In this document: one piece after another, positions 52,200 through 61,853 of the stretch | Layout: each line of letters opens with the position of its first letter | Numbering within the stretch: position 1 is the stretch's first letter | Origin: an uncultured Ignavibacteriales bacterium | GTDB lineage: Bacteria > Zixibacteria > MSB-5A5 > GN15 > JACZUZ01 | NCBI GenBank assembly: GCA_964516945.1 | Contig: CAZFAL010000001.1 | Location: forward strand, 1-61,853 | Length of the DNA: 61,853 nucleotides | Direction of reading: 5' to 3' | Notes under the pieces: model-generated | Told to the model about the DNA's origin: nothing | The model's input: the letters and a program-made list of their open reading frames with translations, nothing else | The model's database searches: none | Position numbers and translations under genes: made by a program

Positions 52200-53931
52200 C
52201 GGACTCGTCGCCGTCCTCCCGGCAATCAGGGACAAGAATATGAAAAGGGCCGACGCTGTCAACCGGCGCGAAGATTTCGTAGATGGCATGGTACAGCATG
52301 TCGAAACGCGGAGTTTCGGAGATATGCCAAGGATCATCAAGAACAACCAAATCCGGCGGCGAGCTGTACAGTGAATCCATTACCTCCTGCGCCAGCGCCG
52401 AATCGAATTCGCGCGGATAATACCATTGGATCGGCCCCCAGGCGCGACGTCCTGTTAAATAGTTGAGGGATGCCGGATCCGGGAACGCCAGAAGTGTCGC
52501 ATTGGCGGGCGTCATACCCTCAACGCAGGCTGTCAAAGAATCAAGATTGGCTACTGTTGAGGAGTCGGCCTGCAAACCCGCCAGCCGTGATGCAGTGAAC
52601 GGGACAGTCAATTCTGCGCGCGGGGAGCTTTTGTAGGGGAATTGATGATGCACAAACAACGCCGGCGTCAGAAGCGCCAGCGAGACAGTCACAGCGCTCA
52701 GTGTCGTATCTCGCCGGTCTACGCTCACATCCGTAGCAAAAACAATCAGCACAGGCAGACTCAGCGCGCCGCCGATATAGCTAAATATCCAGCCATTGTA
52801 GTTGAATCCGGCAGTGTAGAGCGTGACCAGCGCCAGCGCGGCAACCTGTAGCGCGAGTGATATCTCTTCTTCAACTTCAGAGCGTCTCAGGGTTTTCCAA
52901 TTTCGCAGGATGAATAGCGCAAGCGTCGCGAATGTCACAAGCGTAACTGTTCGCGGAAGAATGTCCGCTGTCTGTGTCAATCCCGACCAGACAACAATCA
53001 ACCACAAGCCCAGCGCAATTGCCTTCACGGCGCTTTTTAACGGAGCGATAAGAATCACAAATAAGGCCAACGCCGGGAGCCATGCAACACGCACTGTCTC
53101 GGGTAAATCCTGATACATGAGAAATGTCAGCGGGAGGTCATTGATACGTTGTGGCAGTGTAAATACGTTGCGCCAGATTTGTGGGAATGAAGCGCCAAGC
53201 AGAGTAACCGCCAACACAGTAACAGTGACGAATGCGCCGACTGATAGAAGCACATCCCTGAGCCGGCGTCTGAACCCCTGCCTTGTAATTCCGGCGTTGA
53301 GCAGTTCAAAGAGCAAATACAATGGCAGCAGGGCAATAAATCCCTGCTTGCAAAGAAATGCCAGAGCGGCAAACATACCGGCCAGAATCATACGCCGTCG
53401 AAACACACAAAACACAAACAACGCCGTGAAAAACATACCGTCGTATGTGTACCACGGGAATGCAAATAAGAGTGAAGAGTAGACGAGGGTCGCGCATAGT
53501 GTCACTGTCAGCGTCACCGCATACAGCCATTTGCGATAAACCAGCGAAAAGATGACTATTGTAGTGTAGAGTTGAACCGCCCAGATGATGCGGCTCACTA
53601 AAACCGTGTAATTGTCTCCAAGGGCTCGTATCCAGATAGACTGTATTAGTGGCGAGAGCGGCGTGCGCAAATAATAGAAGTCCGTATAGATATGCTGACC
53701 ATTGGCTATCCTCTGCCCCAGCCCCGCCAGATATGCGTCATCGAAAATTGAAAACCCCTGCGGGAGGTAATACCAGAAATATGCCAGAGCAAACGCTGAA
53801 AATATCAAATAGCTATAGAGAAACCCGGTGGACTCTGCCGAGTGGAGACTTCGTGACTGTCTGTTGCCGTCTGCCGCGCTCTCTACAAACAGCAAGTCTT
53901 TCAACCGGCGCATGTAGAGAGAGAAAGACAC
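52189..53931 (-). CDS. Polytopic membrane protein, probable GT-C-fold glycosyltransferase (ArnT/PMT-like)
   Basis: About 12 predicted TM helices followed by a soluble C-terminal domain of about 130 aa. This architecture is typical of GT39/GT83-type enzymes. I did not verify a specific motif. Confidence 0.45.
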   Translation of the reverse strand: MSFSLYMRRLKDLLFVESAADGNRQSRSLHSAESTGFLYSYLIFSAFALAYFWYYLPQGFSIFDDAYLAGLGQRIANGQHIYTDFYYLRTPLSPLIQSIWIRALGDNYTVLVSRIIWAVQLYTTIVIFSLVYRKWLYAVTLTVTLCATLVYSSLLFAFPWYTYDGMFFTALFVFCVFRRRMILAGMFAALAFLCKQGFIALLPLYLLFELLNAGITRQGFRRRLRDVLLSVGAFVTVTVLAVTLLGASFPQIWRNVFTLPQRINDLPLTFLMYQDLPETVRVAWLPALALFVILIAPLKSAVKAIALGLWLIVVWSGLTQTADILPRTVTLVTFATLALFILRNWKTLRRSEVEEEISLALQVAALALVTLYTAGFNYNGWIFSYIGGALSLPVLIVFATDVSVDRRDTTLSAVTVSLALLTPALFVHHQFPYKSSPRAELTVPFTASRLAGLQADSSTVANLDSLTACVEGMTPANATLLAFPDPASLNYLTGRRAWGPIQWYYPREFDSALAQEVMDSLYSSPPDLVVLDDPWHISETPRFDMLYHAIYEIFAPVDSVGPFHILVPDCREDGDESDER

Positions 53932-53973
53932 AAGATCCTATAGGGCGATGCTACAGTCTGATTGGTGAGCTTG

Positions 53974-55260
53974 TCACGCAGGCAGAGCTGTCGAAGCGGT
54001 TGACGCTGTCGGCGCCTGTGATGTCAGCAAAGGAAAGCGCTCGCACAAGTTTCTAACCCTGTTGGCGACATCGGCGCTGACAGCTTCATCGGCTGGCGCA
54101 TTGACAATGTCGTTTATCATAGCGGCAATTTCGCGCATCTCATTTTCACCCATGCCGCGAGTCGTCACCGCCGGTGTGCCGATTCGCACACCAGAGGTAA
54201 CAAACGGTTTTTTCGGATCGAAGGGCACTGTGTTTTTGTTCGCCGTAATACCTGCGGCATCCAGCGCCTTCTCAATTTTCTTACCGGAAATGCCCCGGTC
54301 AATCAGCGAAAGTAACATCAAATGTGTATCGGTGCCTCCGGAGACGAGCTTCTGGCCATGACCGATGAGCGCTTCAGCAAGCGCCTGTGCGTTGGCGATG
54401 ATTTGCTTTTGATACTCCGCAAAATCCGGCTGCAGCGCCTCCTTGAACGCCACCGCCTTTGCGGCGATGATATGCATCAATGGTCCGCCCTGGATTCCAG
54501 GCATCACTGTCCGGTCGATGTCAGCGGCGTACTCCTCTTTACACATAATCATCCCACCGCGTGGACCGCGCAGGGTTTTGTGTGTCGTGGTCGTCACATA
54601 GTCCGCATACGGCACGGGCGATTCATGCAAACCGGTGGCAACTAATCCGGCGATATGCGCAATGTCCACCATCAACCGCGCCCCGCAGGCATCAGCGGCC
54701 TCGCGGAAACGCGCAAACTCAAGTTTGCGCGGATAGGCCGAAGCCCCCGCGACAATCAGCTTCGGCTTCACCTCGCGCGCCTGCGCCACAAGTTTGTCAT
54801 AGTCGATAGTCTCAGTGTCCGGCTCCACCTGATAACTGGAGAATTCAAACAGCTTGCCGGTAAAGTTTATCGGGTGCCCATGTGTCAAATGGCCGCCATG
54901 CGACAAATCAAGCCCCATGACTTTGTCGCCCGGCTGAAGACAACTGAGATACACCGCCATGTTCGCTTGTGAGCCCGAATGCGGCTGAACATTCACATGC
55001 TCACAACCAAACAGCTCTTTGGCTCTATCACGCGCCAGATTCTCGGCCTCATCAACAAATTCACACCCGCCATAGTAGCGCTTGCCGGGATACCCCTCGG
55101 CGTATTTGTTGGTCATCACCGAGCCCATCGCAGACAACACAGCCGGAGAGACGAAGTTTTCCGAGGCGATTAATTCTATCTTGTCATTCTGACGCGCGGC
55201 CTCGCGCTGAATTGCGCCAAAGATTTCCGTGTCAAATTCCTGTAGTGATTTGGTGTTCAT
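53974..55260 (-). CDS. glyA: Serine hydroxymethyltransferase
   Basis: [36 protein letters not shown]...[15 protein letters not shown]. Confidence 0.97.
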   Translation of the reverse strand: MNTKSLQEFDTEIFGAIQREAARQNDKIELIASENFVSPAVLSAMGSVMTNKYAEGYPGKRYYGGCEFVDEAENLARDRAKELFGCEHVNVQPHSGSQANMAVYLSCLQPGDKVMGLDLSHGGHLTHGHPINFTGKLFEFSSYQVEPDTETIDYDKLVAQAREVKPKLIVAGASAYPRKLEFARFREAADACGARLMVDIAHIAGLVATGLHESPVPYADYVTTTTHKTLRGPRGGMIMCKEEYAADIDRTVMPGIQGGPLMHIIAAKAVAFKEALQPDFAEYQKQIIANAQALAEALIGHGQKLVSGGTDTHLMLLSLIDRGISGKKIEKALDAAGITANKNTVPFDPKKPFVTSGVRIGTPAVTTRGMGENEMREIAAMINDIVNAPADEAVSADVANRVRNLCERFPLLTSQAPTASTASTALPA

Positions 55261-55372
55261 ACTTACTCACTTTTGCTGAAGATTGGACTGTCATGTGAGA
55301 TGAGATGGTCGACTGACTGAAGGTTCTCTCGTCGTCTGCGGTGGGGGTGGGCGGACTATGCGTCAATAGAAA

Positions 55373-55840
55373 TTACGTTTCAATGCGGCTGGTGGGCTTT
55401 TGTTCCAAGCCGGAGAGCTTATCTATCCGTCGTTTGTGCCGCCCGCCTTCAAAGGGCGTCTCTATCCAAGTCTTGATGATTTCTTCAAGGTCGGATTCGG
55501 GAGTGTATTTCTCTGAGAGCGTCAGCACATTCGCGTTATTGTGCGCGCGCGCAAACAGCGCCATTTCGGGATTCAACACCAGCGCCCCGCGCACACCGGG
55601 AAAACGGTTGACGGTCATATTCATCCCGTTCCCGGTCCAGCAGACTGTCACACCGGAATCTACAACGCCGTTTTCGACATCTTCGGCGACTTTGGCGCCG
55701 TAGTCAGGATAATCCACTGAGTCCTTAGAGTTGGTTCCATGGTCAATGACTTCATGACCAAGCCCCTGCAGAATCCGTTTGACTTTCTCTTTCCACTCAA
55801 AACCGGCGTGGTCAGAGGCAAGCGAGAATTTCATAGTCAC
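55373..55840 (-). CDS. rpiB: Ribose-5-phosphate isomerase B
   Basis: KFSLASDHAGFEWKEKV...GVTVCWTGNGMNMTVNRFPGVRGAL...ARAHNNANVLTL. Confidence 0.93.
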   Translation of the reverse strand: MTMKFSLASDHAGFEWKEKVKRILQGLGHEVIDHGTNSKDSVDYPDYGAKVAEDVENGVVDSGVTVCWTGNGMNMTVNRFPGVRGALVLNPEMALFARAHNNANVLTLSEKYTPESDLEEIIKTWIETPFEGGRHKRRIDKLSGLEQKPTSRIET

Positions 55841-55861
55841 TTCCTTGCTGACGACACAAAC

Positions 55862-56821
55862 TCAGGAAACATTGCTTTCAATAGCGACATCATTGCCAAC
55901 GGGAACCGGTGTCAACCAGTTGAATCTGTCAACTGCGCGACCTTCAATAATTGCAAAAAACTCTTCCTGCAGGCGTTTGGTAATTGGTCCGCGTCCACCC
56001 TCGCCTATCGGGATTCTATCAATACTGCTAATCGGTGTTATCTCAGCGGCCGTGCCACTGAAGAACACTTCGTCGGCGATATACAATGAACCGCGTGAGA
56101 TTCCCTCCTCGCGGCATTCAATTCCCATGTCATTAGCAAGTTTTAGCACACAGTCACGGGTAATCCCCGGCAGAACAGAATTGGAAAGCGACGGCGTGAT
56201 AAGAACACCATCACGGACAATGAAGATATTCTCACCGGAGCCCTCAGAAACATAGCCGTTAATATCCAGCGCAATACCCTCGGAGTAGCTGTTGAGAATC
56301 GCTTCCTGCTTGATAAGCTGACTGTTCATATAATTGGCTCCGGCCTTGGCCACTGCCGGAAGCGTGTTCGGCGCAAAGCGATTCCATGACGAGACACAGA
56401 CATCAACGCCGTTCTCCAACGCTTCCGGACCGAGGTATTTGCCCCATTTCCAAACTGCAATGACAACATCAATCGGACATGGCCGGGGATCAACACCGAG
56501 AGATTCGTACCCACGATACACAATCGGGCGTATATAGCACTCTTCAAGATTATTGGCGATGATGGTCTGGAGGATGGCCTGCCGGATAACGGCTTTGCTG
56601 TATGGAATGTCCATACGATAGATTTTGGCTGAGTTGAAGAGTCGATCGACATGCCTGTCTAAGCGAAAGCACGCAGAGCCCTTTACTGTTTTGTAACAGC
56701 GCTGCCCCTCAAAGACCGATGACCCATAGCTGACGACATGCGAAAGGACATGAATCTTCGCATCCCGCCAATCCACAAGTTTTCCATTTTGCCATATTTT
56801 CCCAGATTCATCAAAAGCCAT
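55862..56821 (-). CDS. ilvE: Branched-chain amino acid aminotransferase (class IV)
   Basis: [35 protein letters not shown]...[17 protein letters not shown]...LPGITRDCV. Confidence 0.93.
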   Translation of the reverse strand: MAFDESGKIWQNGKLVDWRDAKIHVLSHVVSYGSSVFEGQRCYKTVKGSACFRLDRHVDRLFNSAKIYRMDIPYSKAVIRQAILQTIIANNLEECYIRPIVYRGYESLGVDPRPCPIDVVIAVWKWGKYLGPEALENGVDVCVSSWNRFAPNTLPAVAKAGANYMNSQLIKQEAILNSYSEGIALDINGYVSEGSGENIFIVRDGVLITPSLSNSVLPGITRDCVLKLANDMGIECREEGISRGSLYIADEVFFSGTAAEITPISSIDRIPIGEGGRGPITKRLQEEFFAIIEGRAVDRFNWLTPVPVGNDVAIESNVS

Positions 56822-56911
56822 CGCGGACTCCTTTCGCTTGTAAACGTCTGATATGTGTTAAGCGGCCCGACCCCTCTGCTGCCGCGGATCACATGTAACC
56901 GCTTCAACAAC

Positions 56912-56939
56912 AATATAAGCAAAACTGCAAATAAGTCAA
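56912..56939 (-). promoter_or_regulatory. Sigma70-like promoter for ilvE
   Basis: Minus strand reads TTGACT-N16-TATATT, about 90 nt upstream of the ilvE ATG. Confidence 0.45.
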
Positions 56940-57010
56940 TGACTTGCGGCGATTCTCCCTAAGGAACTGCAACGACGATTCCAATTGAAAGTTGCAAAGT
57001 GGTCAGCCAT

Positions 57011-57032
57011 GCTTGTGATACAAATCACAAGC
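57011..57032. promoter_or_regulatory. Perfect CRP/FNR-family-like palindrome
   Basis: GCTTGTGAT-ACAA-ATCACAAGC contains TGTGA-N6-TCACA. It lies between the bioY stop and the ilvE promoter. It could alternatively be a hairpin after bioY, but no U-tract follows. Confidence 0.3.
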
Positions 57033-57141
57033 GCTAATGTTCCGACGTTCTTCACATATAAGGGCGCATAATTCAACAACTTACATCTGACGTTTCAATC
57101 AGGACATGAAACGGATATTCGACAGGTATTATTTTTGTAAT

Positions 57142-57756
57142 TCAGCGGAGATTCTTTTGCCGAATACCGGAAAACGTGGGGATCAACCAAAAAGCGGCGA
57201 GAATCTTCAGCGCAGCTCCCGGCAAAAACGGGTAAAAACCCATTTGCAAGAGAACACTGTTGTCCACAAAGACTGATAATTGTGTGAGTCCGCAGGCAAA
57301 AATGAGGACAGTTCCTATCAATAAGGCCGAGCCCGAAAGAACAAAACTGCGATCCCAGCCCCTGTCCGCCAGCGCCCCAACAAAGTATGCGGCGCCAAGG
57401 AATCCGAGTAGATAGCCACCGGTCGGACCCAGCAGAACAGCGGCGCCGCCACTGGCTCCGGCAAACACCGGCAAGCCGACGGCGCCTTCAGCCAGATAGA
57501 GCAGAACAACAGACACAGCGCGGACACGACCAAGCGCCATTGCAACCAAAAGTACACCAAACGTCTGACCCGTTATCGGCACAACTGTATACGGCAGGGT
57601 CAGCGAAACCTGCGCAGTGGCAATCAGCGCCAGATTAAATGACACCACCAACATCACTTCGCGCACAATACGTGACTCAAAAACACGTAGTTTTTGCAGG
57701 ACAGCCCCGGCAACATACGCTTTGCTGATTGTTAATGAATTGTTTGTCACAGACAT
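57142..57756 (-). CDS. bioY: Biotin transporter BioY
   Basis: PYTVVPITGQTFGVLLVAMALG...GGYLLGFLGAAYFVGALADRGWDRSF; 5-6 TM segments. Confidence 0.88.
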   Translation of the reverse strand: MSVTNNSLTISKAYVAGAVLQKLRVFESRIVREVMLVVSFNLALIATAQVSLTLPYTVVPITGQTFGVLLVAMALGRVRAVSVVLLYLAEGAVGLPVFAGASGGAAVLLGPTGGYLLGFLGAAYFVGALADRGWDRSFVLSGSALLIGTVLIFACGLTQLSVFVDNSVLLQMGFYPFLPGAALKILAAFWLIPTFSGIRQKNLR

Positions 57757-57798
57757 ACTATCTGAATCCTCAACTTCCTGTTCACGCTCTATCTAATC

Positions 57799-58971
57799 TC
57801 ACGCGCCGCTCGAATCACCCAGCGCCTTTTGGTAGCTTTTCACAAGGTTGCGCGAAATCACAATGCGCTGAATCTCGCTGGTGCCTTCGCCAATCTCACA
57901 CAGCTTAACATCCCGCCAGATTCGCTCGGCGGGGTATTCACCGACACGTACGCCGCCGGTTTCGAGAATACCAATTGCCTTAGCGGCGCATCGTGTTCCG
58001 ACTTCGGAAGCAAACAGTTTTGCATGCGCCGAATTAGCGCTGTACGGTATCCCCTCATCCTTCATCATTGCCGCGCGATACACCAATCCACGCGCGGCTT
58101 CAAGCTCGGTTTCCATATCCGCCAACTGGAATGCGACTCCCTGACGTTTTGACAACGGCGCCTCCGAAGTCTCATGCTCAACTGCGTATTGCAACGCACA
58201 ATCCAGCGCCCCCTGCCCCAGACCAATAGACATGGCGCCGATAGAAATACGTCCGCCGTCAAGCGTCTTCATAAACTGCTTAAAACCCTCGCCGGTTTCA
58301 CCGAGCTGATTCTCAAGCGGAACTTTGACGTCAGAGAAATGGAGGAATGCTGTGTCACTACCACGCAAACCAAGCTTGTTCTCCTTCTTGCCGGATTCAA
58401 ACCCCGGCCAGCCCTTCTCAAGAATAAACGATGAGATGCCGCGACTGCCCGGTTCATCGGATGTCTTTGCCGTGACAACTGAGGCATAGCATTCCGACGC
58501 AGACGTAATCCAGCACTTCGAACCGTTGAGAATCCAGCCGTCATCTTTCAATTCAGCGTGTGTCTTTGTTCCGCCTGCATCGGAACCCGCTCCCGGTTCC
58601 GTTAAACCGAACGCCACCAATTCCCCGGCGCAACCGCGCGGAAGATACTTGCGCTTTTGCTCCTCGGTTCCGAAGGCATAAATCGGCCAGAGTCCCAGAG
58701 AATTGTGCGCCGCGATAGTGATTCCGGTTGAGCCGCAAACACGGGAGAATTCTTCGACAGCAATGGCGTATTCCAGAGTCTCAAAACCGGAGCCGCCATA
58801 TTTCTTCGAGACCACCATCCCAAGATAGCCCTCGTCAGCCAGTGGTTTCATTAACTCACGCGGAAACCGCTGCTGTTCGTCAATTTCAACCGCCAGCGGA
58901 GCGACATGTTTCAATGCAAACTCACGGACCTTTTCGCGGAACTCCTGATATTTGCTATCCCAGTAATTCAT
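57799..58971 (-). CDS. Acyl-CoA dehydrogenase
   Basis: FGLTEPGAGSDAGG...WITSAS...; C-terminus ...YPAERIWRDVKLCEIGEGTSEIQR. Confidence 0.93.
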   Translation of the reverse strand: MNYWDSKYQEFREKVREFALKHVAPLAVEIDEQQRFPRELMKPLADEGYLGMVVSKKYGGSGFETLEYAIAVEEFSRVCGSTGITIAAHNSLGLWPIYAFGTEEQKRKYLPRGCAGELVAFGLTEPGAGSDAGGTKTHAELKDDGWILNGSKCWITSASECYASVVTAKTSDEPGSRGISSFILEKGWPGFESGKKENKLGLRGSDTAFLHFSDVKVPLENQLGETGEGFKQFMKTLDGGRISIGAMSIGLGQGALDCALQYAVEHETSEAPLSKRQGVAFQLADMETELEAARGLVYRAAMMKDEGIPYSANSAHAKLFASEVGTRCAAKAIGILETGGVRVGEYPAERIWRDVKLCEIGEGTSEIQRIVISRNLVKSYQKALGDSSGA

Positions 58972-60113
58972 CAGCCCCTCAATAAGTCGCGTGAGATGAC
59001 CATCTGTTGCGCTTCGGTCGTTCCTTCATAAATCTCGGTGATGCGGGCGTCACGGAAATAGCGCTCGACTGCATATTCCTTGATATATCCGTAGCCACCA
59101 TGTATCTGCAACGCCTGATCGGCGATGTAGTTCGCGGCGCGGCTGGCGAACAGCTTAGCCATCGAGGCCTCACGATGGATAAACTTCTCACCGCTATCTT
59201 TCAAAGCGGCGGCGCGATACACCAGCAAACGAGCCGCTTCCAATTGTGTCGCCATATCCGCCATCTTGAATTGAATGGCCTGGAAGTTCGAAATCGGCTG
59301 ATTAAACTGCTGACGTTCCTGCGAGTACTTCAACGCCTCATTGAGCGCCGCCATACCGATACCAACAGATTGCGCCCCAACACCGATGCGTCCGCCATTG
59401 AGAATCCCGACAGCCGTTTTGAATCCATCACCTTCGGCGCCGATGATATTTTCCTTCGGAACTTTGACATCCACAAGTATTACTTCCCGCGTGTCAGAAC
59501 AACGTATACCAAGCTTGTTCTCTTTTTTACCGAGTGAAAGCCCCTCACTGTCGGCCTCCACCACAAATGCGCTGATGCCCTTACGCCCGGCTGACGGATC
59601 AGTCTTGGCGAAGACAATAAACACTTGCGCCAGACCGGCGTTGGTCACCCACAGTTTGTTGCCAGTGAGCAAATAATGGTCACCTTTGTCTACCGCTGTT
59701 GCGGCAATACTGGTGATATCGGTCCCCGCTCCGGCCTCGGAAAGACAATAGGCGCCAATCCAGCCCTCGGCAATTTTCGGCAGGTATTTCTCGCGGACAG
59801 CGTCACCACCGAACAAATTGACCGCCTCAATAAACAATGAATTGTTCACCGAAACAGTAATACCCAACCCGGCGCTGGCGGCGGAAAGTTCTTCAACGAC
59901 CACCGCATAGGTCAGCATCTGCAATTCAAGACCGCCGAATTTCTCTGGGATAAGAACACTGAAGAATCCAAGTTCCTGCGCCTCTTTGATAATCTCCTCC
60001 GGGATTTCCCCTTTGGCGTCCCATTCCTCTGCATTCGGGTAGACACGCTTCTCAGTGAACTCCCGTGTCGCCTGGCGCATGTCCAGGGCTTCTTCTGTTA
60101 ATTGAAAACTCAT
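58971..60113 (-). CDS. Acyl-CoA dehydrogenase (short-chain / butyryl-CoA type)
   Basis: CLSEAGAGTDITS...WVTNAG...QIHGGYGYIKEYAVERYFRDARITEIYEGTTEAQ. Confidence 0.93.
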   Translation of the reverse strand: MSFQLTEEALDMRQATREFTEKRVYPNAEEWDAKGEIPEEIIKEAQELGFFSVLIPEKFGGLELQMLTYAVVVEELSAASAGLGITVSVNNSLFIEAVNLFGGDAVREKYLPKIAEGWIGAYCLSEAGAGTDITSIAATAVDKGDHYLLTGNKLWVTNAGLAQVFIVFAKTDPSAGRKGISAFVVEADSEGLSLGKKENKLGIRCSDTREVILVDVKVPKENIIGAEGDGFKTAVGILNGGRIGVGAQSVGIGMAALNEALKYSQERQQFNQPISNFQAIQFKMADMATQLEAARLLVYRAAALKDSGEKFIHREASMAKLFASRAANYIADQALQIHGGYGYIKEYAVERYFRDARITEIYEGTTEAQQMVISRDLLRG

Positions 60114-60185
60114 GTTTGTATAACCTGTCGTTTATGTGTTGTGTTTCTTCTCTTTTGTGTGACGCGCTATCAGAAACATCAGACG

Positions 60186-61052
60186 CTACGCCTCGTAGAC
60201 ATGAAATCCCCTGCCGGACTTCCGACCGAGATACCCCGCCTGCACCATCTTACGCAACAACGGGCACGGGCGATACTTTGAATCGCCGTAGCCCTCATGT
60301 AATGTTTCCATAATCGCCAGACACACATCCAATCCGATAAAGTCCGCCAGCGTCAGCGGTCCCATCGGATGATTCATCCCCAGCTTCATCACCTCGTCAA
60401 TTTCTTTTGCGCCGGCGACACCCTCCATCAGCGCATACACCGCTTCATTTATCATGGGCATCAAAATCCGATTGGCTACGAATCCCGGATAGTCATTGAC
60501 CTCCACCGGCGTCTTGCCCAGCTTTTCACACAAACCGGAAATCAATGCAAATGTCTCATCGCTGGTTGCCAGACCGCGAATCAATTCCACAAGCTTCATA
60601 ATCGGAACCGGATTCATAAAATGCATACCGACGAATCTATCGGCGCGACCGGTCGATGAGGCAAGTTGTGTGATAGGCAACGAGCTGGTGTTCGAGGCCA
60701 GCACACTGTCTTCAGGCAGTATCTTACCGAGTTCCGAAAAGATTCCCGCTTTGACTTCCAGATTCTCATAAACGGCTTCAATGACCAACTGACAATCCTT
60801 GCAGTCGGCAAGTTTTGTGGCAGTCGTCAGATTGGCCAGCGTCGCTGACTTCTGCTCTGCGGTGATTCTTTCCTTTTTTAGCAAACGGTCAAGGTTCTTT
60901 GTAATTGTCGCAGTCGCCTTATCCAGCGACTCCTGCCTCATATCACACAGAACAACTTCAAATCCGGATTGTGCGAATACATGCGCAATCCCATTGCCCA
61001 TCGTTCCGGCGCCGACAACGCCAACCTTTTTGATATCATCTAATTTCATCAT
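60186..61052 (-). CDS. hbd: 3-hydroxyacyl/3-hydroxybutyryl-CoA dehydrogenase
   Basis: [20 protein letters not shown]...[17 protein letters not shown]...[11 protein letters not shown]. Confidence 0.93.
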   Translation of the reverse strand: MMKLDDIKKVGVVGAGTMGNGIAHVFAQSGFEVVLCDMRQESLDKATATITKNLDRLLKKERITAEQKSATLANLTTATKLADCKDCQLVIEAVYENLEVKAGIFSELGKILPEDSVLASNTSSLPITQLASSTGRADRFVGMHFMNPVPIMKLVELIRGLATSDETFALISGLCEKLGKTPVEVNDYPGFVANRILMPMINEAVYALMEGVAGAKEIDEVMKLGMNHPMGPLTLADFIGLDVCLAIMETLHEGYGDSKYRPCPLLRKMVQAGYLGRKSGRGFHVYEA

Positions 61053-61057
61053 CGTCC

Positions 61058-61853
61058 TCAGACAATCTCTACAGCCAACGCCACAGCATTACCACCACCG
61101 AGACACAATGTCGCCACACCGGTTTTCTTGTTTCGGTCTTTGAGGGCATAAATCAAGGTCGTCAGGATCCGGGCTCCGGAAGCGCCGATAGGATGCCCAA
61201 GCGCAACAGCGCCGCCATTGACATTCACTCTGTCCCAATCCCAGCCAAGCGCATCACCGTCAGCAATCGCCTGCACCGCAAACGCCTCATTGGCCTCAAT
61301 CAAATCAAAGTGATCAATGGTCACGTCCATCTTCGCCATTAGATTCTGCACAGCATAGATTGGCGCAAAGAACAACTCCTTCGGCTCAACACCGGAGGTT
61401 GCATAGTCGACAATCCGCGCCAGCGGTGTCAGTTTTTTCTCTTTCATATATGACTCAGAAACAACAACGAGAGCCGAGGCGCCGTCATTGAGACCCGGCG
61501 CATTACCGGCTGTCACAGAACCGCCCTTTTGGAATGCCGGGCGTAACTTCGCGAGTTTCTCTGTTGTCGTGCCCGGACGAGGACATTCATCTGTGTCAAA
61601 GATAACAGGGTCGCCCTTGCGTTGCGGAATTGAGACACCCACAATTTCGTCCTTGAATTTGCCACCTTCAATCGCCGCCAGCGCTTTGGCGTGTGAGTTT
61701 GCGGAGAATTCGTCCTGACGCTCGCGGGACACATTCGCCTTGTCTGCGGTGTATTCCGCCGCGCTTCCCATGTGCCAGTTCTCAAACGAATCCCAGAGAC
61801 CGTCGAGGATCATCGCGTCTTCAAGCTTCTTATGCCCGAAGCGCAATCCCTGT
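61058..61853 (-). CDS. Acetyl-CoA acetyltransferase (thiolase), C-terminal part; the gene runs off the right window edge
   Basis: [21 protein letters not shown]...[18 protein letters not shown]. The frame stays open to the window end, and the 'M' at 61846 in the track is an internal TTG. Confidence 0.93.
   Translation of the reverse strand, partial: QGLRFGHKKLEDAMILDGLWDSFENWHMGSAAEYTADKANVSRERQDEFSANSHAKALAAIEGGKFKDEIVGVSIPQRKGDPVIFDTDECPRPGTTTEKLAKLRPAFQKGGSVTAGNAPGLNDGASALVVVSESYMKEKKLTPLARIVDYATSGVEPKELFFAPIYAVQNLMAKMDVTIDHFDLIEANEAFAVQAIADGDALGWDWDRVNVNGGAVALGHPIGASGARILTTLIYALKDRNKKTGVATLCLGGGNAVALAVEIV

Noticed and set aside
57799-61853. The acyl-CoA dehydrogenase x2 / hbd / thiolase block as something unusual
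   Set aside because: This is a standard short-chain fatty-acid beta-oxidation or butyrate-type gene set with canonical motifs and tight spacing. Nothing beyond ordinary metabolism is visible.

Overview
This 61.9-kb window is coded almost entirely on the minus strand: about 60 genes there and one on the plus strand. It comes from a flagellated diderm bacterium. I ran no database searches. All calls rest on motifs I recognise in the supplied translations and on my own reading of intergenic DNA.

Gene content from left to right in window coordinates (minus-strand genes are transcribed right to left):
- Late flagellar region: fliD (5' part, gene runs off the left window edge) and a 726-aa flagellin.
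- A probable flagellin-glycosylation island at 3.5-11.3 kb: a TPR-GT2 protein, an SDR epimerase/dehydratase, a SAM methyltransferase, and a 1196-aa TPR-GT4-GT2-unknown fusion.
- fliW, a 644-aa flgL, an unannotated 57-codon ORF, csrA, flgK, flgN-like, a rod-binding (FlgJ-N-like) protein, and flgI-H-A-G-F.
- A small Cys-rich ORF, then the only plus-strand gene, a cohesin-like protein with a T9SS-type C-terminal sorting domain.
- fliJ-I-H-G-F-E, an unknown 130-aa ORF, flgC-flgB, and motB-motA.
- A sigma54-dependent two-component pair of FlrBC/FleSR type.
- An 11-gene, roughly 10-kb operon. A GAF-PP2C phosphatase, an RsbW-like kinase, a STAS protein, a HEAT-repeat protein and an orphan receiver precede cheR-cheY-cheY-cheZ-cheA-cheB. 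The window contains no cheW, MCP, sigma-factor or flgM gene.
- Housekeeping genes: der, a DUF512-type radical SAM gene, tRNA-Gly(CCC), tatC, nrdR, cutA, a GT-C-like membrane protein, glyA, rpiB, ilvE, bioY, two acyl-CoA dehydrogenases, hbd, and a thiolase cut off at the right window edge.

Regulatory signals read from the DNA:
- Two sigma28-type promoters (TAAA-N15-GCCGAT) upstream of fliD and motA.
- Two near-identical sigma54-type promoters (GGCGC-N5-TTGCAT) upstream of flgB and flgF.
- Several intrinsic terminators.
- A 573-bp, GGA-rich region upstream of flagellin that looks AT-rich by eye.

Most interesting candidates:
- The sigma-less partner-switching, HEAT and receiver module fused to a CheW/MCP-less che operon.
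- The multi-glycosyltransferase island next to an oversized flagellin.
- The rearranged and extended FliW-CsrA module with an extra small ORF.
- The unknown ORF translationally coupled to fliE.

I saw no CRISPR array, transposase, integrase or rRNA. The T9SS-type sorting domain in a flagellated organism suggests an FCB-group or candidate-phylum lineage. That placement is inference only.
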